In this document: positions 28,183-42,604 of the stretch, piece by piece
How positions within the stretch are numbered: position 1 is the stretch's first letter
How the letters are laid out: the number at the start of each line of letters is the position of its first letter
Assembly: GCF_009914755.1 (NCBI RefSeq)
Contig: NC_060927.1
Reading direction: 5' to 3' (one strand)
Origin: the human T2T-CHM13v2.0 reference genome, Homo sapiens
DNA: 64,000 nucleotides
Translations under genes and position numbers: made by a program
Notes under the pieces: model-generated
Databases searched by the model: none
What the model saw: the letters and a program-made list of their open reading frames with translations, nothing else
Told to the model about the DNA's origin: nothing

Positions 28183-30689
28183 GTATATAGAGATGAATAC
28201 AACCACATTCCATGTGTTTATAACCAGTTTCTAAACTCCTGGTTAGATTTCTGCTTGTAATTTCAATTTATATATACAAATTAGAAATACAATTTAATCT
28301 TATACTCTTGCCCAGACATCCCATGAGGAGATTACAAGGTCAGACCTTTTCCCATGGTCCACTTGTAAGTAATTTCAAAAGCAGGGATGCTCATGGGCAC
28401 ACAGAAACACATGAACTTTCTGAATATTAAACAATACACAGCTTTATGTGGCTATGGAACAGAATAGCTAGACCTGATTGTCCCTGAACAATGCTGTTAT
28501 ATTATAGAACAAATAAAATATAAAGACCATGTATATTTTGTTTTCAGTAACAATATGGTCATATTTATTGACCAGTATTTTATTACCAAATCCCAAGGAA
28601 TGTTTCAGTTTGTTAGAATATCTAAACTAATGTGGCTCTATGATGTTGATAAATATTTTTTTTGATTAGTAACAAACATAACTTAAAAGTGCAATTTTAT
28701 AAAGTACTTTAAATACTTTAAAATTATTTTTATTAACATTTATTTATTTGTATATTATTTTCTAAATTTTGGAAAACGTTGGTCATATATGGAAGTAATA
28801 TTAGCTTTTCCTAATGACAGATTGAGGGTTGCTGGTTTGGAAATATGCTCCTTAGAAGAGAGAGAGAGGGAGAGGGAGAGAGAAAAGGTGGGAAAATAAT
28901 CCATGGTTAAATTATCCTAGAAACAAACACACATTAGAGGTAGAGCTAGAAGACAGCACAATCAAACTTCTCTTTCAGAAATCCTGAAAATGTTTAAAAG
29001 TTTACTCTTTTAAAATAGATTTCTTCCTTTGTTACAAAAGAAGCACTATTGGAAATATATGTGTATGCCCAGTGAATATGACTCTTCATATATATCATAT
29101 TGTAACAAATTTCCAAAACAACATTCAGAGTCAGAGTGAAATTATTGTTTTTATTTCTCAGGGAATCATTTGAGTCTAACAGATGAAATGCATTATCTAA
29201 TATTCAATGGTAAAGAAGAATAATAGATTTTAATTCAAAATATATTAGTAGTTTGCTATATAACTCAGAAATATGAAGTCTTAATCTTTTATTTTTAAAA
29301 ATAGAAAGTAGTATATTTAATAAAATATGCTTATACTGTATTGTAAAATAATTATTTCAATCATGATATAATTGTAGCCATAGAAAATCATAATTATAGG
29401 GTTTGTCATATATGACTGTGAAAATAATTTGTGTAATCTTGGAAATAAAATAAGATGTTTCAGAAAATGGAGTACCTTGCTTCCTGAAAAATGTATACAA
29501 CTAAAATCTGAGAATAAGTAAAATTTAAGAAGGAGAAGATACCAATACTTTACTAATTATATTCTTTGAGACAATAGTTTCACTGATGATGTTATAGAAA
29601 ATACATTTTATAAACAAACAAGTTTGGAAATCACTGTGTAAACTAATTTATGTAGATTTCAGTGTTTCAGAATTTCACAGTACATTTTGTATTAATTAAA
29701 TTTTTAATCTTCATAAAGAGGTTTATACATAAAATTTCTTACATTTTTTTGCAGGATCATCTCCTGATAAGTATTTTGACTAACCATCGTTTATAATTTT
29801 TGTAGCTATATTAGACTAGACAATTGTTCTTGTGTTTTAGGATCAAAAGTTAAAAAGCTATCACATTTTATTACGGAATAAAAAAACAAAAAATGATCAT
29901 TTTGTCTTAAATATTTTAATAAATTAATTCTATATATCTAATTTAGCATTGTATAATATGTTATTGCAAATAAGAATGACATAAGCAATAATTAGAAATT
30001 ACTTTTATTGTAAAACCTGATCATAGCAGATACACCCCAAAAGATAACAATTTTGATTCTCAATCATTTTCAATATTAATGACTAATCTAATTATTAGTG
30101 TTTTAACATGGCAGTTCATTCAGTACTATTGAAATTTTATCTTAAATATCTCTGTTCAATATTTCTATTAAGCATTTGCGTGTTAAGTACAAAATCAACT
30201 TTCTCAAACATTGCTAATATATGAATATTCACAATATTAATATAAATAAACATGAACAAATTAATATTAGCAATATTAATATAAAACAAATATCCTAATC
30301 CAAAAAGAAAATGAAGCCTCCTTCCGGGCATTTCAGTTCCTTTTTTTCTTTTCCTTCATTATAATTTCTTTACATTTTTCTCTTCTTCTGATATAGATGA
30401 ACATTACATTACAAATGCTGTATTTATATTGAAATACATTAACTGCGCAGAATGTAAAAGAAGGTGTTAACCATTAGGACTAGCTATAAAATAGGTCTAA
30501 TTTGAAGTTAAGTTATTTATGCATTTTTGCAGGTCTCTTACTGTTAATGAAATTAAGTCATTTTTTGAATTTCTCTTCGCTTATTATGAACTTGATAAAG
30601 ATGAGCAGAATGGTTTTGTATGGAAACTGCTCATGTGGAGTTTGAAAATGCTAATTCTCAGAGAAGCTTGTGATACAGTTTAGACTCGA

Positions 30690-31450
30690 TTGAATCTTTT
30701 GTCTTTCAGTCCACTTTCTTCTCCACCTCATCATTTCATTATTGAAGTTGGATAAAATACTTGACTTTTCTATTTACTGTGCCTCTCTAATTTTTTTTCC
30801 TCATTTCAACTTGTGATTGTTTACTCCCTTTGACTTTAGACAGTGATTCTGTTTCTTCATATCAACTATAACGATCTTGAAAGGTCCTTCTATTCTCCCA
30901 AGTCCTAAATATTGAAGTTTCCAAGTTCTATTCTTAGGTCATTTTTTTAATATTATATTCTATTCAGAGGTTGTTTCATTAACAAGTATAATTTTAACCA
31001 GCATCCTGGGTAAAAAGTTGGCTTTTAAGCCAGAAATAGCTGGGTTTGAATATTTAACTTCACTTCTAGCTATGTGACTGGACAAGATGCTTGATTACCT
31101 TCTACCTAAACCTCTCCTTCCTTGCATATCGATGAAAAAAAATTAAAGGAAGCTTGCTAATTGTAGTAATTGTCTGCTAAATTATCTGTCCAGCAACTTC
31201 TCTTCTATACTATGACATTTCCCCCATTTCCCCACTTCATCATCTCAATATCTCAGTTGAAGGTATCAACACCTTCCCAGTTACAAAAGTCACATGAGAA
31301 AATTACATGAGTATTTGTCTAGCCAGCCCTTCTCCAGACAGAACAAAGACTCCACTGCCGATCCCTCTGATGTGTGGCTTCTGGCAATTGATCATTGCTC
31401 TGCAATTCTTTACACTACTGAAACTCTCATTTCTGCAAAGCAAAAATGTA
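30690..31450 (+). mobile_element. Degenerate L2 fragments with a MIR inserted at about 31000-31150
   Basis: L2-like cctaaatattgaagtttccaag and tctcagttgaaggtatcaacaccttcccagttac. MIR core gctgggtttgaa...cacttctagctatgtgact. Confidence 0.5.
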
Positions 31451-32964
31451 AGGCAACTATGTCAAAACAGTTTCTAAAAATTCAAAACATACAGATACTA
31501 ATCTCAGAGCTAGCAGACTCTAATCTCAAGCATAATTACAATTTTTTGATAGTTTATAGTGCTAAAATTTAAATGCAAATTTAAAAAATATTTAGTAAAG
31601 AGAAATACTCCTACAGTAATTCAGAGAAGTGAAATATGTGTAGCCACAAGTTAGTGCTGCCTTTTTTAACTATCTAAGCTGCCCAACAGTCTCGCAAGCT
31701 CAGAAAAATGATTTTTATCAAGTCAGCAAGAGCAGCTTTATCTTTCTCAGGCAATCTGAAAAGTAAGAGTTATAGCCTTCTTTAAATAATTCAAAGGAAT
31801 TCCTTGAAATTCAAGTCAGAAGTGCAAATATAAATATCTGAAATGAGATGTCATAAAGCTTTTCATTTGCATTCTTGGTTTGGACAATTCATGAGCGACT
31901 AGGTTGGTCTATGGCATTGTAATTTACAACTTTGCGGTGGCACAAATTTTAATCATACACATGATGGAAGTCACATGGAGGGGAGGCATTTATTTGGGGT
32001 ATGATCACAGCTTGCTACACAGCATCAAGAGTTCAGCGCAGTTTCCCTCAACTTCATTTGTGTCTGCTCCTTTAATAACATTAATGTGGGTCTGAAAGAG
32101 CTCACCTAAATTTTTCATTTGTAGTTTGTATGTATAGAATTTGGAACTTGGAAACTCAGGAAGAGGCTTATAAATTTTCAGTTTCTAGAAAGATAAGAAT
32201 TAAATAAACCTGTCTCCAAAAATAAACAAATATTCTAACCAGATCGTTATAACATGATAATTTCAGATGAAGCTGTAGTGTGGTAACTCCTATAAATAGA
32301 AGACTATATATTGTTATATAATAATATTAGTTATAAAATATATAAGAAGAACAGAAATAAGGGTATAAAAGCTTTTGGAATATTTTTCTCTGGCCTTAGC
32401 ACTGAAAATTAAATTCTCTATCAAAAACAGCTTTTGGTGTTTCTCACTATATATAAATATTGAGATCTCCAGAATGATGTTCATCAAATATAAATTACAG
32501 TTATTTCTGGGTGATGTAATTTTGGGTGACTTAAAATATTTTCCTTTTTCTAATTATTTTATTTGATTTGCAAATGGCAATGCACTGTATTTTATTTAAA
32601 TTATAGACAATTGCATATGAATTTGGTTCTAATATCTTTAAAATATTGTACTAGACATTCTAAAGATGATTAATTTTTATGATGTGTTTTTATCATACTC
32701 TAACCACAATAGCAAGCCCAGGTTTCAAGTCAATTGCATTTAACAATGTTTCTTGACTGGGATTGGAGCAGGAAGAAAATGCCCTTCATAAATTATTTTT
32801 TTCTATTTCTATAACATCCCCTCTCAAGATATAGCTAGATTTATAATGTAATCACAGCCTTGCTTCACACCATGTATTTTATATCGGTTTTCATCTTTTG
32901 ATAGATAATTTATATAATCAGAAAATATTTATTACATTTAAATTTATCATTATTGTTATTATTT

Positions 32965-32977
32965 CTATCTTTCTTTT

Positions 32978-33009
<32 letters not shown>

Positions 33010-33314
33010 CAGAGGCAAGGTCATACTCTGTGGCCCCGGCTGGAGGGCAGTGACATGATCATGTTTCACTGCAGCCCTGAACTCCAGGGCTCAAATGATT
33101 CCTTCTGCTTCAGCCCCTTGAATAACTGGGGCTACAGGCACATGCCACCATGCCTGGCTAACGTTTTTGTTTTTTGTTTTTTGTTTTAATTTTTTGCAGA
33201 GACAGTGTCTTGCTGTGTTGCCTAGGTTAGTCTCTAGCTCCTGGACTCAAGTGATCCTCCTGCTTCAGCCTCCCATAATGCTAGGATTACAGGTATGAAC
33301 CACTGTGCCTGGCC
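32965..33314 (-). mobile_element. AluJ (Jo-like)
   Basis: Full antisense Alu with J diagnostics. TSD ttattattt. Confidence 0.92.
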
Positions 33315-33339
33315 TTATTATTTGTGATAATGATTCCTA

Positions 33340-33720
33340 ATAATAACAGTGACTTCAATTTGTTTATAATTTATGCACCAGCTTTGTATTACCTCACAGG
33401 TGTGTCTACATTTTATGACTGAGGAATGTAATGATTATAGGATTCAGTAATTTGACAAATGTACTCAAATAATAGATGATATAAAAATCAGGATTTAAGT
33501 CCAGGTCTACTTGACTCTTGCATGTGTTACTATTTTAATAGTATCTTCTGAAATTAAAATAAAATAGTTAAGCTATGTTAATCTTTTTCTGTGTATTAGA
33601 CTTTATCTCAGTGAATAATTTCCTTTAATCCATACAAATATACATGGTAGATAGTATTATTGTCAAGTTTTTACAGATAAAAATCATTACATAATGTGCC
33701 CAAAGTCAAACAACTAGTAT
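33340..33720 (-). mobile_element. Two degenerate MIR fragments
   Basis: cattttatgactgaggaa...ggatttaagtccaggtct and tttttacagataaaaa...tgcccaaagtca. Confidence 0.5.
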
Positions 33721-34112
33721 TTCCAATAAAGCTTGTTGATATCCAGCTACCCACTCCTTCAGGGCTCTCACCACAAGACCATTAGGATGGAAAACACTTC
33801 CCTGATTTTCCTACCAAAGAGCTTCCATTAGAAGAGATTATGTTTTATACAGACCTGGAATAGAAGTCACTATTCTGTAGAGAAAACTATGGGCAGGTGT
33901 ATGGATGTCTTCAGACATTAGACATGGAGTTTTGCTTGCAGTAATAGAGTCTTTTTCTGAAAAAATTACAGACTTAATTCTAGATATATATTATTAGTGC
34001 TTCTCCTCTAAAATATTACATAAAATTTAAAAGTTCTGTATGCCAAAATGACAATAACAATCACCACAACAAAAGTTCTGAGTGTAATTTCAGGTTATAC
34101 TTTAAAAATCAA

Positions 34113-34599
34113 TGTATTCATTTTCTATTGATGCTGTAATAACATATCACAAACTTAATAGCTTAAAATGCCAAAATGTTACAGTTCTGAACATCAGAAG
34201 TCAGAAATGTCATACCAGTAAAAGCCAGGTGTTGGTAGAGCTGCATTCTTTCTGGATTGTCCATGGGAAAATTATTTTTTTTTATTTTTCCAGCTTCTAG
34301 AAGCTCCACATATTTTTTGACTTTTCCATTTTTCATCTTCAAAGCCAAAAATGGACACTTGCATTAATTTGATACAGACCTTCTTCTGCTTTCTACTTCC
34401 ACTTATGAGAAACTCTGTGATTAGGACTTAGGACTTCATGGGTAATTCAAAATAATCTACTCTCCTCAAGGTCACTTGATTAGAAACTTTAATTTCATCT
34501 GTAACCTTAATTTTCCTTTGCTATGTGACTTAATATATTCATAGGTTCTAGGGATTAGGGTACTAACATCTTCAGAGGGCCATTATTCTGCCCAATACA
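34113..34599 (-). mobile_element. MLT1D solo LTR
   Basis: tgtattcattttctattgatgctgtaataaca...ggttctagggattaggg...gggccattattctgcccaataca. Confidence 0.85.
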
Positions 34600-35444
34600 A
34601 CTGAATATTATAGTAGACCAAAGATTAATTAAGGTTTCAGATTAACAACCTTTAACTTGGTGGCTATGACTACTGTGGTCTTGTGTTTGAGAAAATATAC
34701 CCAATTTGTTCAAGGAAATAATGTATTTGCTGTAGCAGTTGTTGTGGTAGTACTCATTGTGATGACAACTGTGTCAGTGTTTGGTATTTCTTGGGATTTC
34801 AGTATTATTTTGAATATAGAATTAAGTATTCAGTTTCCAGAGTTTCACTTTTATAACATTGTTTCTAACAAGGAAAATTTTGTCCTTTTAAGGAAAAGTC
34901 TATTTTAAAAGTTAACAATATTTGGGGATAAGACACATTCTGAATCCCATTTTAGAGCAATTTACACCTATTAGAATGTGTTGAACTGAAAAAGTGAGCA
35001 TCCAAATTTGTAGTGCATCAAATGAAAATGTTTCCTGTATCTCAATATTTCAAGGCTGAAAATGCTGCTCAGGTCAACTAAATTTTACCACATATATGGC
35101 TAATTAAATGCAGAAATCCACCAGTGGCAAGGTATCTAATACTGATTTCTGTTTCATCTATAAGGTACATCATTTAAACTAAATAGAAACTAGGAAAGGG
35201 AGTGCCCCAAGAATGTCTATAAAATTAATAACCATTCTACTAAGGAAATTATTTTCTCTTCTGCCACTCCCAATCCATGCAAGCACATGTCTCGGCATGA
35301 GACCAGAGTACTTGTAGCCTAGCACTTGAGATTCTAATCTCTGCTCTGCCACTTTCTCATTGCCTGAATTTAACAGTCAGTTTCCTTATCTTTAAAATAG
35401 AGGTAAAAATATGAACTTTCTGTCATCAGGAGAATTAAATTACA

Positions 35445-36520
35445 TGAATTAATCATCATAAGTATGTATTGAGGGCTTACTCATTGATGGGTATTCTTCT
35501 ACGTGTGAAGGATATGGCAGTGAGCAAATAAAACAGATTCGTTGTCCCAAAAAGCTTGAATTCTTGTGGTGGGAGACGGGTGACATACCAATATGTAATT
35601 AAAGTGTATGGTGTATCTGTATCTTATGGTAATTAAGTGCTAAGGAGGAACCATGGAAGGGGAATGGGGAGTGCAAAGGTGTGGTCAATGACTACCTCAT
35701 TGAGAAGGAGACATGTGGCAAAGACCTGAAGAAAATGAGGGAGCTAAATATGCCGTTACCTGGAGAACAAGATGAGTCAAAGGGGAGTGAATATGCAAAC
35801 GTCTGAAGCGGAAAGAAGCACGCCATTTCTAAGAACACAAAGTAGACAAGCATAATTGAAGCAAGGAGAGGTAAAGGGAGAGTGGCAGAGGTAAATGTGG
35901 AGAAGTGGATTTGCACCAGGGCAGAAAGGCCCTGGGGCTCATATTAAAATATTCCTTTTGCCCTAAAAGCAAAGGGAAGCGGTTGATAGGTAACCATGGT
36001 GGTGATATCATTGTATTTGTGTTTTTATTATAAAGCCCTTCAATTTATTTAAGGAGAACAGATGGAGAAGAAGCAAAAATTGAGGAGATTGAGGAAGACA
36101 GAATAATTTGTGGTCTTCTATTGTGGTGCTCTAGATGAACCATAACAATGGCTTGTACAATAATGATGGCAGAAGAGATGAAGAACAGGAGATGAAGTCA
36201 AGAGAATTTAGGACCTAGAACCAACAAGATGTGGTGACACATTAGATCAGGACAAACTACTGTCAAAACTAACCCCCAAAACTTTGCCATGAACTGCTGG
36301 GTGAATGGTAGTGTTATATTCCAAAATAAAAAGAAAGGGTGAGGAGCTAGTATGGCAATTAAAATTGAATTGGAAAGGTGAGCAAGATCATGAGTTCAGT
36401 TTTTTTAATGTTTACATTTAAGGCACTTGTGAGATGTCCAAAGAATTCCTGTATAAAAGGAGATGAATGCATGAATGTGAAGACACAACAGGGATATGGG
36501 TTGGAGCTTAAACTTGTTGA
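35445..36520 (-). mobile_element. L2a-like element (a MIR remnant lies just left at about 35300-35445)
   Basis: Antisense L2 3' end (aagtatgtattgagggcttac...gatatggcagtgagcaaa) followed by purine-rich L2 body. Confidence 0.75.
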
Positions 36521-38759
36521 AATTTAAGGTGACAGCACCCAGAGAATCAGTGTCATTAGGATAAACCAGGCTTCATCCTGGCTGAGGAAACATTTGAAAA
36601 TTTGAAGATCTGGGCATTTACTGACTGCAGAGCTAGAATGTTTTGTCTCAGGTTAGGAAGTGGAGAAATAAAGATCTGTGACAGGGAAAAGAATCAGGGA
36701 GCTTTTGGAAAATGTAGAATGCCTCTAAGTTCAAGTTACATATTTCTGCTCTCAACTATTCTGCATTGATTTCTGAGATAATCTTACTTCCAAATTCTTA
36801 GTATTTGGCTTATAACCTCTGAGTATTGCTAATAAGTTTCATATCTTAACTAAATACATGACATAAAATTTAAGGGTAAACGTCATTAAATCTTATGCTT
36901 CTAAAATTATTTTCCAAAAGAATTATCATATATTGTTATTGTGACATTTTTGCATATTTTATTATACTTGTGTATTTCAAGTGTAAATTTCACCTAAGTG
37001 AGCTATCATTTTTCCCTAACTTACTAATAAGAAATATAATAACAGTTGATGATAAGTACAAACTCTGCATGATAATGAGATTAAGTACAGTAATACATGT
37101 TTTATCTTATGGTTAACCTATTTTATTGTCTCATTTTTAAAGTAAAATGATGCTAGCAAGTGGTTATTTCATACTGTTAATATTCATATCAAAATAAAAC
37201 CAATATTGATATCTATAATAAAGAGAAAGTTACATCAAAGAACCTTACAACGTATTTTAATACTAAAGTGACATGAAAGATCATGAATAAAATATCATGT
37301 CACGGGGTAAAATCTTAACCAAACAGATGGCAGAAACATAAGTGAGAAATAAAATCTGAAAAGCTCTAGTTGGTTAAGGGAATAATTATAAGATAAAAGA
37401 ACTAATAATGTCAAGTCCTACATGATATGTCAAGTTAAAGAAAATATATATACAGCTATCCAGAGAATTTTTATTATTATTGAAATAACTAAGAATGTAA
37501 CAAAGAGATATGAGAACAGACAAGTAAGAGAAGAAAAAAATTTCATTAAAGATACATTTTGGACAATTTCTCCAAACTTTAATTGGACCTGAAATATAAA
37601 GTACTATTTGATTAAAAAAAAGAAAAAAATTAAATTTTGAAATAAAACAATAAAAGTTAAAAAATATGAACACGCAACTGCAAACTGTAGTACTTGTTAA
37701 TGGTGAGCTACTACCCATAATCTTAAGAGAGATTATGAAATGTTTCACTTATTGATTACTTTGTCACTTCCTTCAGTCTCTAGGATGTCAGTTGTATCTA
37801 GAAAAATAAAGCATACTATAGGCTAATAAAGTATTTTATTTCCCTTATGGTTATACAACTTATATGAAATTTGAAACTTATATTCATTAAAATTGTAATT
37901 ACAAAGAAAGAAGCACCTCACTCTGCTCTGTAAGCTTTCAGAATGCTCAAAAGGTGACTCTCAACATTCCCCACTTTGTTGAACCAAAAGATCTCCCAGA
38001 GAGAGTTCTTCTCTCACCCCTTTGATGTAAGTAAAAAATAATATCATCAGGTAGGCTAAGTTAGACTCATTTTATTCCTAGAAGAGAGCACTAATGATAC
38101 TAATTCATTTGCCCCTCCCTTATTTTCCATTTCTCCTCACCTACCATGACATTTTCAAATCTGTGCAAAAAGGAAAAAAAAAAAGGTAATTTTCTCATTA
38201 TACTTATCATTTATTCTATTTTTTCTAAGATATTTCCCAGACAACCACTATTTCTATTTATGTCAAATAAAAATTTGCCATTGGGATGACTTAATAATCA
38301 GAAAAGAAACAACAGATTTAATTTCATGGTATAAATGGAGAAAATTAGAGAAAACAGAAATGTGCACAATTTTTACATAGCTCAGGTTTAATTTCCACAT
38401 AACTGCCCCCTTATTTTTATATTTTCATGTTGTTCTAATCTATTTAACCTCAAATTATATGGATGGATGATTGATAGATAAGTAGAGTATAAATTAATTT
38501 TCCAAGAAGCATCTTGCTTAATATATATAAGATAATTTTTCTAAATATGAGCCCCAGTGAAATTAATACAGTGGAGGGAAGGAAGACCTTTAGTGCCAAC
38601 AATGTGGCAAAAGACAGAAAGAAGAAGCCAAAGGGAAAGGATATAAAACTCAGAAGTCTTCCATCAGTTTTCCCCTCCTTGTGTGTGCCATTCCTCCATG
38701 GAGAGAGTCTATTCCTTCAACCCCAGCTCCATGAAACGGTTAGTTTGTAACTGTTTTTC

Positions 38760-39080
38760 TAGTTAAATCACTTCTTGACTCTTGGAGCTCTGGGTTTCCA
38801 CAGAAGAAGTCCAAGCAACTCAAAATGTAGAGTGAGAACATGAGGATAAAATCTAAGACAACAAATGTAAGTAAAGACGTAATCTATTTCTAGCCAATCC
38901 AGTCTTCAAATTGATCCAGTGCCAACCTATATCTGACTGGCACCATATGACACACCCCCATGCAAGCTAATGGAACCATGAAAGATAAAATTGTTTTAAA
39001 CCACAAAATCTGAGAATGAGTTTTTGTTTTGTTTTGCTTTATTTATTTTCTTTTTCTCACAGCAACAGATGAGCAAAACA
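38760..39080 (+). mobile_element. Old MLT1 LTR 3' part
   Basis: gaaccatgaaagataaaattgttttaaaccac...cacagcaacagatgagcaaaaca. Confidence 0.45.
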
Positions 39081-40569
39081 ACAAGTAACACTATTTTTCT
39101 TTGGGACTAAAACCAAGACATGTAGAGAGAAGATGAAACACAGAAGTCATGGGTAAGCAGTGGCAAAGGTTGGAAAGGAGAAAAACCACTGGTAGTGTCT
39201 GTATAAAAATGATAATAATAAAAAAAGGAGGATAAATGGCAAATTTAAAGCTGCCAATTCTCTAATGAGCCTCCTTTTTTTTTTCTTATGCTCTCTTACT
39301 TCCTTGTGTATTTTAATTCCTTTTATATACAATAAAGCGCATTGCCTGAGTTCAGTCTCTTGCAATCTGATCTAACAACCTAAGATGAAAAAGTCTATGC
39401 CCATCAAAGTTGGCTGCCAAAGCTGCTACAGTATAGAATCTATAAATCTCTACTGGAAATGCCCACATTCAAGTGTCAAGGAGACTTGAAAACAAACAAA
39501 CCTAAATCATCTCTATGTGCCCAACTCTCACTTCTTTGCAATTCATAGAGGCCCACATCTCACAATAATCCTAAGATTGATCAGCGTTCAATGAGAGAAA
39601 TGAATAAAAACATCTTCGGTATTTCCCTAGTTGGCTAAATTCACCAAATGTGGTGCCAATTTGCCAGGTTACATTTCGAAAGGCTCATAGCAGAATTATT
39701 CTTCAGGTGTGAATGAGGTATTAAAAAATTTCTATTCACACATATTAACCCTATAGAATAATTATAGAAACCTAGATTTGGGGTCTACTTTGTTGTGTTA
39801 TATAAGTTAATATTAGACATTTACTGCTCAGGTGTTTGTAGTATTCTTCAACTTTCTGAATAGTCATACTGCAATGAAAAATGTACAAAACATGTAGTGA
39901 ATAAAGCTTAGCAGTGGGAGGTAGTATGTTTGAAATTTATTTCTGCATGAAATTTTGCCAAACAACTTAATAGAACAATTTGCACTGCCAAAAACAGATA
40001 AGAATTCTCAAGTAAATATGAGATTATAGTTGTATTTTAGTATTTTATAGTCCTAATGCCATTTGTATAAGAAAAAAATTAGATACTTGAAGTATAATAA
40101 AAACATTTATTGTGTTTTAGGTATATTTTTTCTTTTCTTTCCATCTGAACAGATTGATACATTTGTCATAAGTCTAAGTAAGGTGTTTTCAAAATGTAAT
40201 GTGATCACAGCTTTTTATTTAATGTGCTTTTTATGAGCAAGATATCATTATAAGAATATTGAAGATGGAAAAAAGGAGTAAAATAATTAGTCAAAAGAAA
40301 CTTATAATCTACTAACAGATAATATACATAAACATTTGAATAACTTTATTTAAATTAAATATAAAAATTTTAGTTAAATAAATTAATTTGCTGATTATGC
40401 CTTTATATGGATAATTATTAAATGACAATAGTGATAATAATTGCAGAAAAATTTGAATTATATTTAAGAGGTTTTAAAAGATACATAAATTGGCCAGAAA
40501 ATGTGATGAAACTGAGCATTCTGAAAATAAAGCCCAGGAGACAGCAGATTTAGATATATAGAGATACTT

Positions 40570-40977
40570 TTCAGTAAATGACTACCATGTGCCTAGTGGA
40601 CTGGAAGTTCCATGCATGCTCTCAATAAACTGATTAAATAGGCCCCATCCTAACCCCTACTGTGTAGGCGAGGAAACTGAAGATTAGAGAGCTTAAGTGA
40701 GATGGTACAGTGTGTTGGTGATACGTGCGGTAGAGTCAGTTTTTTTTTATTTATTAGATATATGGCCTTGGGCAAGTTATTTAGCCTTCTGTTCCTTACA
40801 TTCCTCATTTATAAAATGAGTAAGATGATACTACATAACTATTAAATGTTAATGAAGACAAATTAAGATGATATTTGAAAATTATTAGCATACCATGCGA
40901 TCATCATTTACCAGTTGGTGAAATATGGATTCAGAAACAAATTCTGATTTCACATCCACTATCCTTAGCTCACTCTC
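40570..40977 (-). mobile_element. MIR (minus) split by a second MIR (plus, about 40701-40900)
   Basis: gaggaaactgaagattagagagcttaagtga, then ggccttgggcaagttatttagcc...cctcatttataaaatgag, then ggattcagaaacaaattctgattt. Confidence 0.6.
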
Positions 40978-40989
40978 ATAGCTTCAGGA

Positions 40990-42320
40990 TGCAGAGAGCC
41001 TCACATGATGGCTCTTTCACGATGGGCTAACAGTTTTAGACTTTAACTGTGTCACAAAGAAATGAAGAACTTTTCAAGTATGGTGAGAAGTAAATGAGGA
41101 ATCATGACAGTGAAATCTGGGGACAATTTATCTGGAGGTAGTGTTTAGGGTGGATTACAGGATGAAGGTTTGAAGGCAGGGAGTCTAATTACAAATTGTT
41201 TTTAATGATACAAACGAGGTAATGAGGGTCTTCATTATGTGATCGTTGTTGTAAAGAAAAGGAGGGACAAAATTAATAAATGCCATTGTGCAAAAAATGG
41301 ATGAGGTTGGATGGATGGGTGGAAGAAACTAAAAACAAATAAAAAATAATGTCAAAATTTTCAAGGGCCAGGCATGGTGGTGCACGCCTGTAATCACGGC
41401 ACTTTGGGAGGCTGAGGTGACAGGGTCACTTGAGTCCAGGAGTTCAAGACCAGCTTGGGTAACATAGGGAGTTCCTATCTCTGCAGAAAAATTTTAAAAT
41501 AGCTGGGTGTAGTGATGCTTGCCTGTAGTCCTAGCTACTCAGGAGGCTGAGTGGAGAGGATTGCCTGAGACCTGTAACTCAAAGCTGCAGTGAGCTATAA
41601 CTGTCACTGCACTCCAGCTTGGGTGACAGAGTGAGACCCTGTCTCTAAAATAATAACAATAATTAATAGTAATAATACATGAATAAATAAAAATTCCAAG
41701 TCTCTGTCTATAGAATTGTGACTATGCAATGAAAGAAAGGAGGAGGAACTGTCTTGGGGGAAAGGTGAGAATAAATGTGCTCAGTGACCTGCAAACATTC
41801 TCTGATCTTAATTTTATGACTTATAGATGTTACATGTTCAATTTCTGATTGAGTGAGTTTCAGAAGACTAAAGCACATGCTAGTCTGACCATTTGTGTAA
41901 CTTAAAGGGGGTTGTGGTGGAAAAGAACATGAAAATAAGTTTTCTTGAATACGTATGAAATACCCACAGTGGTATACATAAGAAGATGATACATTGCTTG
42001 TAGGACAAATGAATACTTAGTGCCAGGTGTCTGAGAGAATAGTTTCACTACTTATTTTTTTAATTTTTGAGCCATGTGACTATATTGCCATATAATAATA
42101 CATTTTAAGAATTAAAAAGTATACCTTACCTCATAGGCAGATTAAAACATGAGTTTGAAATTGAGCATTAAAAAAGTATGGGGGTTGCTTATGTGATAGT
42201 TGTTCTCATTAGGAGGATACTTGAAACCAAAAGGATTAATAATATCATCAAGAGAGAACATGAAGCAAGAGACCAGCAGAAAACTATTGGCTGAATCTTG
42301 GAAAATGTCAAACTAATTTG
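40990..42320 (-). mobile_element. Fragmented L2, interrupted by an AluJ
   Basis: Purine-rich antisense L2 motifs (gaaggcagggag..., ggatgaggttggatgg, catcaagagagaaca). Confidence 0.5.
41366..41689 (+). mobile_element. AluJo
   Basis: cacttgagtccaggagttcaagaccagcttgggtaacatagg. TSD aaaatt(tt/c)caag-like. Confidence 0.92.
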
Positions 42321-42604
42321 GAATAAAATGACTTATAAAAAGAACATCTATCAGGATTTTATTGTATATTGTCATATGGTTTCAGAAACAAGTATATTTA
42401 CATCTATTCTGCAGTTATTGCTGTTAAGATGATCTTTGTCCTAGATATAAAATTTAAGGGTATGGAGCGTGTTATGCTTATGTATTAACAATTTTTTCAC
42501 ATAATAAGACAAGGACTCCTTCAAGAAAAAATACACAGGAACTAAATATAAACCACCAAACATGTTTCTATTTAACTCATCTTATAAATCCCTCAAATAT
42601 GGTA

